Below the pieces are notes generated by a model, which was given only the letters and a program-made list of their open reading frames with translations, did no database searches and had not been told where the DNA came from. 64,000 bases of DNA from contig OX597828.1 in assembly GCA_951406725.2 (NCBI GenBank), positions 33,418,001 to 33,482,000 of the forward strand. The letters run 5' to 3'. This document shows positions 14,384 through 28,135 of this stretch, one piece after another; position 1 is the stretch's first letter, and each line of letters starts with the position of its first letter. The stretch is from Octopus vulgaris (lineage: Eukaryota). The position numbers were made by a program, and so were the translations under genes.

Positions 14384-14761
14384 CATACGTATATATATAT
14401 ACATATATACACACACACATATATATAAATATACATATATATATATATAGTATGGGGGCAGCATGTGTTTCTGTGTCTCTATTGCATGTGATTTGTTGGT
14501 TATCACCAGAATTCTGACAGTCACTTCCATATTGATCCAGCTTTAACTCTCTGGTACTTGTCTTTGTCCAAACTATGGCCTACACTACACACATCAACAA
14601 TCGCTACTCTGTTCCTATCTTTCTTCGCTCTTACTGTTATTCTCTCTTTCTGTCTATCTGTCTCCCTCTCTTTCTGTCTCTCTCTCTATATATGTATATA
14701 CATATATATATAGAGAGAGAGGGGGAGAGAGATACGTATCTGTATATGTATTCTTGCGCGC

Positions 14762-14792
<31 letters not shown>

Positions 14793-14909
14793 GGAATGTG
14801 TGTGTGTGTACATATATAGAATTTTTCTTCTCTATTTCTTTCATGTCACGTCTTCTCACTCTCTCTTTTTCTTTTCTCTTTCAGTTTTCTCTCTCAGTCT
14901 TTCTCTGCT

Positions 14910-14940
<31 letters not shown>

Positions 14941-15117
14941 TTTCCTTCTCTCCCTTCGGCTCTTTCTCGTTCATCTCCCAACTTCAAACTAATTCAGGCT
15001 TATCATGGCAAAAGAAAAATCACAATAATAATAATGAGGAGGACGAAGAGGAGGAGGAGGAGGTGGAGGTGGTAGAGGAGGAACTGGAAGATGAGGACAA
15101 TGACGATGATTATGATG

Positions 15118-15230
<113 letters not shown>

Positions 15231-15760
15231 CTGATGTCGATGACAACTACGGCGGCAACGAAGACGACGCCGATGAGGATAATGATGATGTTAGCAAAAT
15301 AAAAGTCCATCGGCTAGTCATTTCTAATATCGTAAAGTTCGCTTAACTAGTTGAGATACAAGTGGCCTTCACCAATCAATAGTTGCGTTGATGAGGTAAA
15401 AAAAAAATAAATAAGAAGTCATAAAACAAAAAAAAAATAGGAAGAATAATAATGATAATATAACTAAAACAGACAGCTAACGATGAGGTGACAGATCAGG
15501 GAAAAAAATCGATAATATTTTATCTTTATTTTTTTAATCTTTATGTTATGTGTGTGTTTTATTTTTGTGTCTGTTATCTTTTTTATTTTATTTTATTTTT
15601 GTTTTTATTTATCTATTTCGTTTTTTTTTTTGTTTTTTTTTGAGATTTGTAGGGGAAACGAATGGCAAGAAAACGACAGCTGCCATATTTCCCTTAAAAG
15701 ACAAGACTTAACGTGTATATATCTATATATACATATATATAATATATATATATATATATA

Positions 15761-15810
<50 letters not shown>

Positions 15811-15829
15811 CACATGCACATACATACAT

Positions 15830-15863
<34 letters not shown>

Positions 15864-16084
15864 CTGTGTATGTGCGTGTATTTATGTTTCATTTTCTTCC
15901 TTTCTTATCTGCCGTCAGAAATATATTTATCTTTGGACGAACGTACATAAGTAATTACGCCTGCACGGATATGTAAAGAGCACGATAGGCATAAATATAC
16001 AAAGCATTTCATAGGGAGACTCATATCTCGACATATAGATATATTCATATATATGCATATTTAAATATACACAGACACATGTAT

Positions 16085-16115
<31 letters not shown>

Positions 16116-16390
16116 CAGCTATATGCACGCATATATAGACATATATATGTGAGTGTGAGTATGTGTCTGTGTATGTGTGTGTGTGTGTGTGTATACATAG
16201 ATATATATGCATTTGAGACATGGAATATGAGTGAACTTGTTTATTACATATATATATATGTATATATGCGTGTGTATGATGTGATATGACTATGAAATGC
16301 ACACAACTTTGTTCACGTGTGATGATGACTGCATAATTATATCCCTGTTCACATGCATAAACACACATACACACACATATATATATATAT

Positions 16391-16439
<49 letters not shown>

Positions 16440-16615
16440 CATACATACATACATACATACATACATACATACATGCAGGAAGTAAATAGACGCCTTCAAT
16501 TTTCAAAATTTCTGATCTAAGCGTCTTAATATGTTTTCAACAGTGTAGAATTTACAAAGTAATTATTCTTTTTCCTTCCAGATGCCATTATGTTGAACAT
16601 TTGTGAAGAGTAACC

Positions 16616-17383
16616 ATGCCACGCGCAAAACAAAATTCAGCAGAACTGTCAGATTTTCAAAGAGGTCGTATTTTGGGGCAATCTGAGGCTGGTCTTAGCC
16701 AGCGAAAAATTGCCGAAAATCTTCAAATTCCACTTGCTACTGTTAATAGAATTATAGTGCAATTCAAATGCCAAGGCCGACCTGGGTCCTCGGAAAGAAA
16801 GCTTCGCTGTTTGAAGAGAATTGTAGAAAACGAACCCTGTTCGAAGGCTTCTGATATTGCAAAATTGCTAAAAGTTAGTCCAAGAACGTGTGTTACATAT
16901 CTGCATAAGCTTGGGTATTATGGACGAGCAGCTAGAAGAAAACCTCTCCTTCAAACAATTAATATCATGAAAAGAAAGAAATGGGCTAAGGAGATGTCAG
17001 AAAATCCCGTTCTTTTTGGGATAGAGTGATTTTCAAAGATGAATCCAGATTTGCATTATTTTCAAACAGTGGACGTGTTTGGGTCAGGAGGCTTCCCAAT
17101 AAAGAATTTGATTTGAAACGACTCCAACCAACTGTGAAACATGGCGGTATCTATGTAGTGGTATGGGAAGCTGTCACCAGCAATGGTCGTTCTGAGCTGA
17201 TCGACTGTGTTGAAATCATAAACTCTGAGAAATACATCGAATTATTTAAGCAAGGACTAACTCCGATGTATTCACACGATAACATAACGAAAAATGAGTC
17301 TTTATTCATGGAAGATGGGACTCCATGCCACACAGCGAAAAGAAATCAACAATGACTGACTGAAAGAGAGATCAAAAAGCCTA
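16616..17383 (+). pseudogene. Tc1-like transposase pseudogene, frameshifted and 3'-truncated by a PLE
   Basis: ELSDFQRGRILG...GRP (paired-like HTH), GYYGRAARRKPLL, IFKDESRF, PTVKHGG, FMEDGTPCHTAK (first two DDE aspartates). Two overlapping ORFs, 16616-17029 and 17026-17355. Confidence 0.92.
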
Positions 17384-18690
17384 CTTGTAGTAGTGTTGAC
17401 AAACACTACTACAAGCTCAAATAAATGGCCTCATTCTCTGCTAAGAGAATGAGGCCAATTATTTAAGCTACTTCGAAGTCAGGACCAGCAACATCTTTGG
17501 ACTACCTAAAGTTCACAACTCAAAAGAAGTTGAAGAAATCCTAAAAGGAAAACATACAACGAATATCGAAATTCAAAAGCCTACAAACTTTAAATTACGT
17601 TCGATCAACCTAATAGGGATAATATTGAAACAATTATGCAAAATGGCGCCAAGCTTCGTCCGGAATAATATAGACTTTCTAAATTATATAACTGAAAGAT
17701 ATATAACAAAAAAACATTCACGTAATCTTTGGTGTGACTATCTTATACACCAAAATCCCACATGACCTAGAAATTGAAGCTGTGAACTTTTGGCAGACAA
17801 ACCATGTCTAAACCATGTCCAGGAAAGGTTCTCAAAAAATGTGAGAAGAGTTGTAATTAATACATGAAAATAATCACGTCTTCTTTGACCATAACTTTGA
17901 TTTACAAATAAAAAGGATAGTACTGGGGACGGAAGTAGCCAGTACATATGCAACGTTCGTAATGGTGGATTTCTTAGAAGACAAACTCTATTCCCAACTA
18001 CCAAAAACAATCAAACAACACTTCTCCATTTGCATAAAGAAAAAGCGGTAAAGCTATTTCGATGAGTTTTATGTTTTGGAACAGAAATTAAAAAGAACTA
18101 AAAATCTTCTAAATAGGCTACATGCCTCAATAAAATTTACAACAGAGTGACACACAAAGCAACTACCATTTTTGGACACACTTGTTATCGAAGACGAGAA
18201 TAATGTTAAAGCAGATCTTTTTTTATAAAAATCGCAGGACACAGACGGGTACATGGATACAAATATCTCACATACAAAATTAGACAAATCTGCCATGGCA
18301 AAGCGTTCTGCACCCACTAAAAGACACAACGTTAAGGGATAAAAGATTACAAGAATAGAAAATATTTCTCGAAAAGCCAAAATATCCGACTAGACTTATT
18401 GATTATCAACTATTATCAAAAGGAAAAACGTTGCAAATACAGAACAACTCAAACGAAAACAAGTGGAATATCACAGAAATGAATTCGTAAATATATCTTT
18501 TGTCATCACCCAGAATTCAAGAAATTACGATAATACTTTTAACAGATGTCTCCTGATTCTTCACCAATCCTCGAAAATTAACAAACTACTGAAAATAGCT
18601 TAGAGTGAAAAATAACTTAGAGCAGAAGCCAAGCACCCAACCAAAAAACTTTTGCATCATAAAAGAAAGAAATTGAGTTCAAAAATGTGG
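17384..18690 (+). pseudogene. PLE reverse transcriptase fragment
   Basis: TSNIFGLPKVHNSK...FKLRSI; PSFVRNNIDFLNY; LYTKIPHDLEIEAVNFW; LQIKRIVLGTEVASTYATFVM; LNRLHASIKFTTE*HTKQLPFLDTLV. These PLE RT motifs are in the correct order, with frameshifts. Confidence 0.88.
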
Positions 18691-18861
18691 CTCGGCCTTA
18701 AAGAATATTTAGTGAAATACATCAACTCCGGGACTTATTTTCATTAAAACCTGGTTAATATTACATTAGCCTCTTTTGCCGGGCTGCTGAGTTAGGCGAA
18801 CGTAAACACACCCACACCGGCTGACAAGCGGTTGTGTTATACACATACACACAAAAACTCA

Positions 18862-19140
18862 GGCGCACATCGCTTACTGGTTTGGATGTTGAATTCATGA
18901 TTGCGACACAATGGTTTCGATTCCTTGACCAGGCGTTGCGTTGTGCTTTTCACTTCGTTTCACGTTGCTCTGCGATCATTTTATGTGACATGTAGCACAA
19001 GGTACACCTGTACAGGTAATGTCGATTTGATGTAGGGAGTGAGCTTATGTGAACACGAACATTTACTTATGATAAACAAATCATGTGCGGCTGTACAGCA
19101 AGAAATTGCAGTACCTTCATACGTCGTCTAATGACAGGAG
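18862..19140 (+). mobile_element. SINE family C, degraded
   Basis: GGCGCA...TTTCGATTCC...GCGTTGTG...TTCACGTTGCTC, similar to 9538. Confidence 0.6.
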
Positions 19141-19193
19141 TGTCCATGATACACACACACACACACAAACAAACACACACACACATATATATA

Positions 19194-19395
19194 TGGCAGA
19201 ATCGTTAGCACGCCTGGCGAAATGCTTATCGGTATTTCGTCTGCCGCTACGTTCTGAGTTCGACTTTGCCTTTCATCCTTTCGGGGTCGATGAAATAAGT
19301 ACCAGTTACGTACTGGGGTCGATATAATCGACTTAATCTGTTTGTCTGTCATTGTTTGTCCTCTCTGTGTTGAGCCCCTTGTGGGTAGTAAAGAA
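19194..19395 (+). mobile_element. SINE family B
   Basis: GGCAGAATCGTTAGCACGCCTGGCGAAATGC...TTTCATCCTTTCGGGGTCGATGAAATAAGTACCAG...CTTGTGGGTAGTAAAGAAATA. Matches the reverse complement of 33880-34110. Confidence 0.85.
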
Positions 19396-20205
19396 ATATA
19401 TATATATATATATACATACATACATTATACACACGCACACATTCATGCACACATATATATATATACATATATACACATATACACATATACACACTCACAC
19501 AAACACACACACACACTTACACACACACACACACTCACACATACACACGATGTATTTCTTTCAGTCTCCGGCTACAAAATCCCTTCATAAGACACTTGCC
19601 CAAGGGGCCATGCAGTGGGTCTGAAACTGAAACCCTGTGATTGGGAAGCCAGCTTCTTACGCCTTCGTCAAATTTATTTTCTAAGCATGATTTTTCGTAT
19701 TTTTTTCTTTTACTTTCAGCCTCGCTTTCTTCTATTGAACCCTGAAAAGCAAACATTGACCCCATTTAATACACTTGTTACCAAATGTTAAAGCCTACAA
19801 TTCGTTTTAAGACTCCTTTGCATTTTCACTCCCATTCTCCTATAATCTTTCCTACGTCAGAATGAACTTCTTTTTCTCCATATACATTTATATACAAATA
19901 TGTCTGTGTGTGTGTGTGTCTCTAATATGTGTACGTGTTTGTATGTGTGAGATACGTGTCTGTATCTTTCTCCTTCTTGTCTCTTCTCTTTATTCTACTT
20001 GCTTCCTCTTACTTCTTCTTTTCTTTTTCATATTTAAAGATCTATATGTGTGTATGCCGTTTATTTATGCTAAGTAAATGTATATGTGTGTATATGTATA
20101 TGTGTGTGTTTTACTTAAATGGAAATATAGACAGCAATGTGAACTGACCTTAGGCTGGCCTCAATTTCTGACCATCCGAAAAAAAGCACACACCGTATAT
20201 TCTCT

Positions 20206-20330
<125 letters not shown>

Positions 20331-20696
20331 TTAATTTTCACCTCTCTCAATTTGTATTCAATCCTTTATATATAAGCATGTATGTGTGTGTATATATTTA
20401 TGACTATGTACACATGAATGTGCGTGTAGTTTTGTAACACCCCTACCAACAAGAAATTCAGTCCCAAATCAGCGTTACCGTTTCATATGAAAACTCTGAT
20501 CACAAGTAGAAAGAGTCAGGATATGATCTCTTAATATTTAATGATGTGTAAACATCTAATCATTAAAGTGGAAACAAATTATCAGAAAACTCATTCTTAT
20601 TCATTTTTATGTATACATATACACACGTATGTGTGTGTGTATGTAGGCATGTATATATGGATGTATGTATTTGTGTGTATATATGTATATATGTAT

Positions 20697-20727
<31 letters not shown>

Positions 20728-20738
20728 TATATATACAT

Positions 20739-20791
<53 letters not shown>

Positions 20792-20796
<5 letters not shown>

Positions 20797-21317
20797 TAAA
20801 GATGTATTATTACCGTTATTAATAAGGTAATAATATGGTGGCAAGCAAGTTCCCCCCGTTCCAGGCGCAATATAAGGCACATTTAGAATCAGTAGGGTAT
20901 ATAATACGACTTGCTAAAGTCAGACCCAAGGTTCCAAGGCCACCATAAAATCACCTTATTATTACTTTATTAATACCATTAATAACGGTAATAATGCATC
21001 TTTATTTAAAATTTATTCTTGCTCAAAATAGTTATCTCTTAAACGGTGCGAAACATTTCAAGTAAGGAACGCACACGAGCTAATGTAGTGAATATTTTAG
21101 AAATAGTTGTTAAAGATCCCAGAGAATGTTGGTCATACATATGGTGAAATCAATTAGTATTGAAATATAGATTACTTACTGGTGTATTCAACGCAAAGGT
21201 AAGCCTAGTTCTAATATGTTTATTGCATTGATCGTATGTATCTTTATTGTGAGTTTATGTTGGTTTTGGCTCTCATTTTAGCAAGTAGCATTATATATCT
21301 TAGTGATTCTAAGTTTG

Positions 21318-21322
<5 letters not shown>
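20792..21322. mobile_element. Repeat fragment with a terminal inversion, inserted in (TA)n
   Basis: 20792-20842 is an imperfect reverse complement of 20939-21009. Both ends sit in (TA)n. Confidence 0.5.
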
Positions 21323-21374
<52 letters not shown>

Positions 21375-21375
21375 T

Positions 21376-21775
21376 GTGACTGTGTGGTAAGTAGCTTGCT
21401 TACCAACCACATGCTTCCTGGTTCAGTCCCACTGCATCTCATCTTCGCTAAGCATGTTTTACTATAGCCTCAGGCCCACGAAAGCCTTGTGAGTTGACTT
21501 GGTAGAATGAAACTGAAAGAACCCTCACGTATATATATATGTATATATTTATATGTGTGTGTGTTTGTGTCTGTGTATGTCCAAACACCATTGCTAGAGA
21601 ACCAATGCTGGTGTGTTTATGTCCCCATAACTTAGCGGTTCAGCAAAAGATTTCGATAGGATAAGTACTAGGCTTACAAAGAATAAGTCCTGGGGTCGAT
21701 TTGTAGGACAAAAATCTTTTTAGGCGGTGCCCTACCATGGCCGCAGTCAAATGCCTGCAAAAGGCTAAAAGAATA
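21376..21775 (+). mobile_element. SINE family A, near full length
   Basis: GTGACTGTGTGGTAAGTAGCTTGC...GGTTCAGTCCCACTGC (tRNA-like head), an internal (TA/TG)n, and tail GGCGGTGC...CATGGCCGCAGTCAAATG. Confidence 0.85.
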
Positions 21776-21792
21776 TATATATAAATATACAG

Positions 21793-21838
<46 letters not shown>

Positions 21839-22356
21839 TTGTGTAAATGTCGAAAGATGAAAATGAGTGCTCAGCAGCACATTGGTGGTTAGGATTTCTT
21901 TGTTTGTGAGTTAAGGCTACCGTTGGTTTAATGTTGTGACAAAGAGGAAAATATCTTAATATCTTAACAAATTTTCAAGCCGATTACATGGAGTAATGGT
22001 GTTCGTCTTCCATTTTCGATGAACACAAAATCTCGTTGAATTGTTTGAGATTCTCGTAAGGAAAACAATAAATCAAGGGACGCTACTCTTGAATGACATC
22101 TTTTGGGCGGTTATTGACGAGTCGTATGGTAAATTTGCTTGCTTTATCTTATAATGTATTCTTGGTGTGTGTGCGTGTGTGTGTATGTATGTGTGTGTGT
22201 GTGTGTGTGTGTTTGTGTGTGTGTGTGAGGTTCGTATGCTAGTGTGCCGCGCTTGTTCGTCATGGGGACATATTTCTTTTGTGTGCAGAATTCGTCTGTT
22301 ATATATTTTTATATTTCACGTCCAAGAAAAGGGCTATCGTGGTGAGATGTGTGAAT

Positions 22357-22390
<34 letters not shown>

Positions 22391-22554
22391 ACGTTTAAGA
22401 CGAAGGCTAGTTGGTCTGAATTTTGAAATCACTCGCATCCCTTCTTGTAATGATAAATAAACATGGTAAACATGTATGTCATTAAAATTGACAAATTCTT
22501 TCAGTGTTTAAAGTTAAATTGTCTTTATATATCACTTGACATAAAAACAAACTT

Positions 22555-22599
<45 letters not shown>

Positions 22600-22992
22600 C
22601 GCGTGCGCAAATTCGGTAATAGATCTACTACTAGCTGATTTCAATAGGAAATTTACTTGGATTGATATTAGAATTTGTGTCACTGTTGGTCGCATAACAA
22701 GATTTTAAAATTACCGTAACATGCTTATAATTGATTCAGATATCGTACGATATATTGAAATAATATTGGAAATCCAGATATATAGACAGATTCTAATTAA
22801 GTTATCATTTACTTGTTATCATTATTCACAATACAATCGTATGCTGATAATAACAGGTAATATCATGTCATTTAATTCATTATATTAGACGTTTGGTTTT
22901 AGAACAGAGAAGTATTAGAAACGTGCATGTGCGTGTATGTATATATCCTACCAGATAATAATTTGGCTTTCTGATGTAGAGGTAATATATTA

Positions 22993-23520
22993 TTGGGTTG
23001 TCCGGAAAGTTCGTGCCGATTTTTAAAGGCAAGAAAAGGGTCAATAAATACTTGCCATTATATTTTTAAGCAACCAAATATGAACCATTTTGTTGTACAA
23101 TGCGTCTCCATCTTCCCTTTACCTTGAAAATACCCTCTTCCCAGAACTGAGGTGGTTTCATGGCAAAGAATTCATCAAGGTATCTTTTACGTCATCCAAG
23201 GAATTTAAATTTTTACCATTAACAAAATTCTGCAGAGACGTGAATAAGTGGAAATCCGAAGGAGCAATATCTGGTAAATATGGGGGGGGGGGGGATAACA
23301 CATCCCAGCCAAGCTGCAGCAATTTTTGTTTGGTTCCCAAAGCAACAAGTGCCGAAAATGAACTTTCCATTTTAAAGGGTTACAGAATTAACACAGGTTA
23401 TAGGAACATAAACCCAAATGGAGGTGTAGTCAAATCCTATTTTATGGACTCAACAATGTTCTAAAATAAATCGAAAGGTAAGCTACCATAAATCGGCACG
23501 AACTTTCCTGACAAGCCGAT
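22993..23520 (-). mobile_element. Non-autonomous mariner, internally deleted, with TIRs
   Basis: TIRs TTGGGTTGTCCGGAAAGTTCGTGCCGATTT / AAATCGGCACGAACTTTCCTGACAAGCCGA with TA flanks. Residual ORF LQLGWDVLSPPPPYLPDIAPSDFHLF is the mariner YSPDLAPSD motif. Confidence 0.92.
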
Positions 23521-25186
23521 ATAATATATACTGTCAACCCATATATCACAAGTGTTCAGTTCCTCTTGAAGCACTCTTATGCTCCTGCGCAAAAGATATT
23601 GCATTCAACCTCTTTTCACGAAACATTTGGGAAAACAATGTAAAGCTAACCAGAATGGTCGCTCGACATGCTACAGAAAGCAACCAAGTGTTTCTCAAAT
23701 CATCTTGTATTATTTTTGAATAAGGACATGACATGTTGGATCCTGTAGTCATAGCTTACCCTAAAGAGGCAGGATGGTCACCTTTGCAAAGCCTTTGATC
23801 ATAGTTGTACTTGATCAGGAATGACACTGAACCAAGCAAAAATAATATTACGAACGACAACCATAACAACAACAACAGCTTACAAGATAATCAGATGTAG
23901 GGTAGCAGGAGAACAGCTTCTCGTCCAAGGAGGCGATTAATTTTTCATCTAGCAAATACCGTAATGCTGGAGCTAACCATTTGTCTCGAAATCCCCTCCA
24001 GCTTAATAGACATTTATATTTCATTTACATTACTTCTACTCAATTCTACATTATCTCATTCAGCTAGCTATTGGGCAAATAAACGCAGTTCTCTGGAAAT
24101 GTCACTTGCGGTAGGCAAGATTTCATTCTTATCCGCTTAACGTCACGAAGTCCTCGGGTCTTAGGATGTATTTATATTTAATCGTCTATGCCCCACTTTA
24201 ACATTTTATTTTTTATTATCATTTACTTATTTATTGCATTTATGCCGAAGCAAGAAATCAATATATTTAGTTTTGAAAATAGAATGATAGATTACGGTAA
24301 TTCTAAACTGTCTTTACAATATTGCTCAGCGATAAATATCTTGCGTTTTTTTTTTAATGTTACATTGTTGTCCCTAAGGGTCGTTGCATAAAAACTCAAC
24401 TTACTAAAGTAGGAAAATGGCGATTTAGTTTTTTTTTTTTTAAATATAATGTAAAACTGGAAAGTAATTGAAAGTAAAATACGCGAATAATACAAGAAGG
24501 CGTTAAGGATATATTTGGGTAACTTTGGAATGTTTGCTGTTAGCAAATGTCTATTTAACTTAATGTTGACTTCCATTAGCCTGACCAGAATATCAAGTGA
24601 AACCTATTTGTTCAATGTGAATTTCTAAAACTACAATAACTAATGTGACTATTCGCTAATGGAACCAGATGCCATCTGTCGATAATTCTATTTGTTTTAG
24701 CCTAACGCGAAATCTGGATGTCTTCTCTTGAAGAATCTCACTTTCCTTGCTGAAGTGCTAAATAGTGTAACTAGATTAAATATGGCCATTGTAGTCGCAG
24801 TATATTAACTCTTGCTTCTCGCGGTTTGATGACAGTGCATCTTTGATGAGAAATTCCATTTAATAAACCTGAAAGAGCAGATAACATGTCGCACAGAGAG
24901 GAACGTCTACTTCAGCTCCGAAGAGTGGCTGACAACATACATTATTTCATTTCTGTTTAATATAACCGTAATTTAAAATTAGCATCTGGAGGTGCCAAAG
25001 AGCTTAGCAAACAATGACTGCTAGCATCCGATCTCTAGTAAGATGTCAAGTAAACATAACTGATTAGAGGCAGGGAGCCTTCTGCAGAACGTGATCACAA
25101 TAGATTTAAGATAACATTTTAAACATATTTCAAGATAAGATGACAGAGTATATAATGTGGTATATGATATATACATACAAACATGC

Positions 25187-25272
<86 letters not shown>

Positions 25273-25433
25273 TGGGGAGAGATACATCTGGTATGCATTA
25301 TATATATCAGAACATAGTGAGAGAGGTTTTCTCTAAAGCCGAAATAATATGCCCTTAAATGTCCATTCCATCGTAAAGAACAATGATTATTGAAAATGCA
25401 AGAAATTTTCACAATAAACGTACGTATTCGAGT

Positions 25434-25464
<31 letters not shown>

Positions 25465-25617
25465 CGAGAGAACATATACATACACACATATATACCTACA
25501 TAGAATACATATACAGATATATACCAAAATATGTATTTATGAACGTATATACAGTTACATTCACTTAGATACATACATGTGTGTGTGTATGTATATATAT
25601 ATTTATATTTATATATT

Positions 25618-25669
<52 letters not shown>

Positions 25670-25799
25670 CTTTTTAACGAGTTGTATCTATTTATCAATC
25701 GACGAGATATATCTGCACACTTCTGAACCTGTTGTTGTGTGTCCCACCCATGAGGGACCGATGCTAGATGTGTCGAAACAATTGTCGTGATTAATAAAT

Positions 25800-27230
25800 T
25801 CTCGTCTACAACTATGGGTAAAGGTTATCGTAGAGTGAATTTTCTTGACGCTACCTTCTGTCTTGATGCTGGATTATGTGAACCATTTCATAAGCCAAAG
25901 GATCATATTAAGAACATTAACGCTACCTCCAACCACCCACCCTCGATTCGTTAAGAATAGTTAAGAATATTAGCTAAGAATATTTCTGCAAGAATTTCTA
26001 GGTTATCCGCTAATAATAAAATTTTCAAATCACGTGCAACTTATAATGCTGCTCTAGCTAGGGCTGTGTACCATGAAAAAATTCAATATATACAAGCAGC
26101 AGACATATACGCCACTGGTAATTCCTCCAATTGTAATACACATTGTACTCCAACATAACGTCACGGTTTGAGAACTCACTCAGAGAATATAAGCCAGGTA
26201 GAATTGGTCATGTCAATTAACTACGCACGAAAACTCGTAGACACACCCGACATAATAATCCAGCTGCTTGTTCCAATATTGTACAGCACACTCGATCAAA
26301 TGTGCCTAACAACAGATATAGGAATCAGGATGTCTTCTGGTTCAACCCGATTTTTAGTTCGCATGTTTCAACCAAGATCGCTGGAAATCTTTTTTTGCTA
26401 CTTTGGACAAATGATTTCCTAAATCTAATCGGTATCATGCTATTCGGCACACCGCGAATGTATCCTACGCAAACTCTGCTAATTTAGAGCAGCTTATGCA
26501 TCGCATAAACAATAGCAAAATCAATAACCCAACTACTGGATCTAATGAACATATGCATGTAAATACTAAGAAAGATGATGTAAACCGCAATGATAAATAC
26601 CAATTACGACCATATTGTAGTAGTAGAAATACTTATGATGCAGCCAATACGGTAACAACGTCAGTAAATAGAGTCGGAACTGCCTTTTATACAAATAAAT
26701 ACGATAAATGCTCATGCAGAGAAAAATCAAAATGTCCTTTGATGAATCTCTGTATGAATACAAAGCTTGTATAGAAATGTACCGTGCACACAAGGGGAGG
26801 GCCGTATGTTTACATTGGGCAGACTGCTGACTCATTTAAGAATCGTTATTGTAAACATGTTGCCAGCTTTAAGACAATCAAAAAGAGACATTCAACATCT
26901 TTGGCCGGTTTTGTATGGCGACTGAAGGAGGATAAAATGAAGTACCGCTTAACTTGGTAAGGCTCGCAAAAACATATAATATAATTTACAGAAGATGCTG
27001 TCTCTGCTCCGAGGAATCCCTATCTATTCTGTGGACTAACGAGAAGATCATTATTTACATTATTTATATTTACGTCAAATGTAAATAATGTAAATAATAT
27101 ATATAATTCCTCATCTCTTAAATATAGAACTGTAACGAGAAGATTATTGATAGAATTTCTGAAAGACTCTCATGTTGCCTATATGCATATAAATGTACTT
27201 TCGCACAATGCACTGGGAATGAATTTTGAG
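25800..27230 (+). pseudogene. PLE fragment: RT C-terminus, linker and C-terminal GIY-YIG
   Basis: VNFLDATF...EPFHKPKD..SNHPPSI; ISARISRLS; DVFWFNPIFSSHVSTK; CSCREKSKCPLMNLC; YVYIGQTADSFKNRYCKHVASFK...STSLAGFVWRLK; CCLCSEE. Confidence 0.88.
27053..27133 (+). mobile_element. 3' tip of the hammerhead SINE with a 5' inversion and a target-site duplication
   Basis: AAATGTAAATAATGTAAATAAT...TTCCTCATCTCTTAAATATAGAACTGT matches 34180-34235. It is preceded by inverted TTATTTACATTATTTATATTT and flanked by TAACGAGAAGATCATT (27037-27052) and TAACGAGAAGATTATT (27133-27148). Confidence 0.75.
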
Positions 27231-27912
27231 TAACCGTTAACATAATTTAATTTACTTTACGGTATGGAAACTTGAGTTTACATTTAACCTCCCTATTCTT
27301 ACAAACACCAAGTTTGTGATCATGATTGCACCAAACCTCACGTGTGCGTATGATCACATTTTCGCGGATTCTTGTATAAGCGAGTGTATTCGCGCCATGA
27401 GAGCAATAATTTCCCATAGTAGCAATGTTATAAATCGTAATTCGTTCCTAGTAAAATATTTTACCTATAAAATTTATAATACTTGTAAATAAATGGCAAT
27501 AAAACAACAACAGAACGTAAAGAATATTTTAAGTAAAATAAAAAGAATGTCAAAATCATTTATAATAAAAAAGTATTATTCCAATCGTTTTCTGACTCGC
27601 TTTCACTCGCTCTAGACTTGCGCACACAATCACTAATAGACGCGATCGCCGATTCACAAGCACTCGTAGAGGACGTGTGGATTTCTTTTTAAGAAACAAG
27701 TCTAGCTTTGTTTGCTTAAAAGAAGCTTTATTCGCTTCCTATCAATTTCTCGGTAACACGTAGAAGCATTTGTTACGGTAGTAGATACTTTAGTACTTCG
27801 TTTATAAATTTGCACCGTGGGCTTGAAAAGTTTCAGCTCACCATAGAAAAGTGGGATGCAAAATAAACTCGTAAACCCGGGGTCTCGTAAGGCGGATCCT
27901 CGTAAATCCTTC

Positions 27913-27918
27913 ATACAG

Positions 27919-27998
<80 letters not shown>

Positions 27999-28004
27999 CT
28001 GTAT
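27913..28004. repeat. Palindrome: (TA)n with mirrored unique flanks
   Basis: ATACAGTGATG-(TA)n-CATCACTGTAT. Confidence 0.85.
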
Positions 28005-28104
28005 ACATATATTATATATATATATTAAATACATGAGGTATTACTGTATACATACATACATACATAAATACATGCATACATACATACATACATACATACA
28101 TACA

Positions 28105-28135
<31 letters not shown>

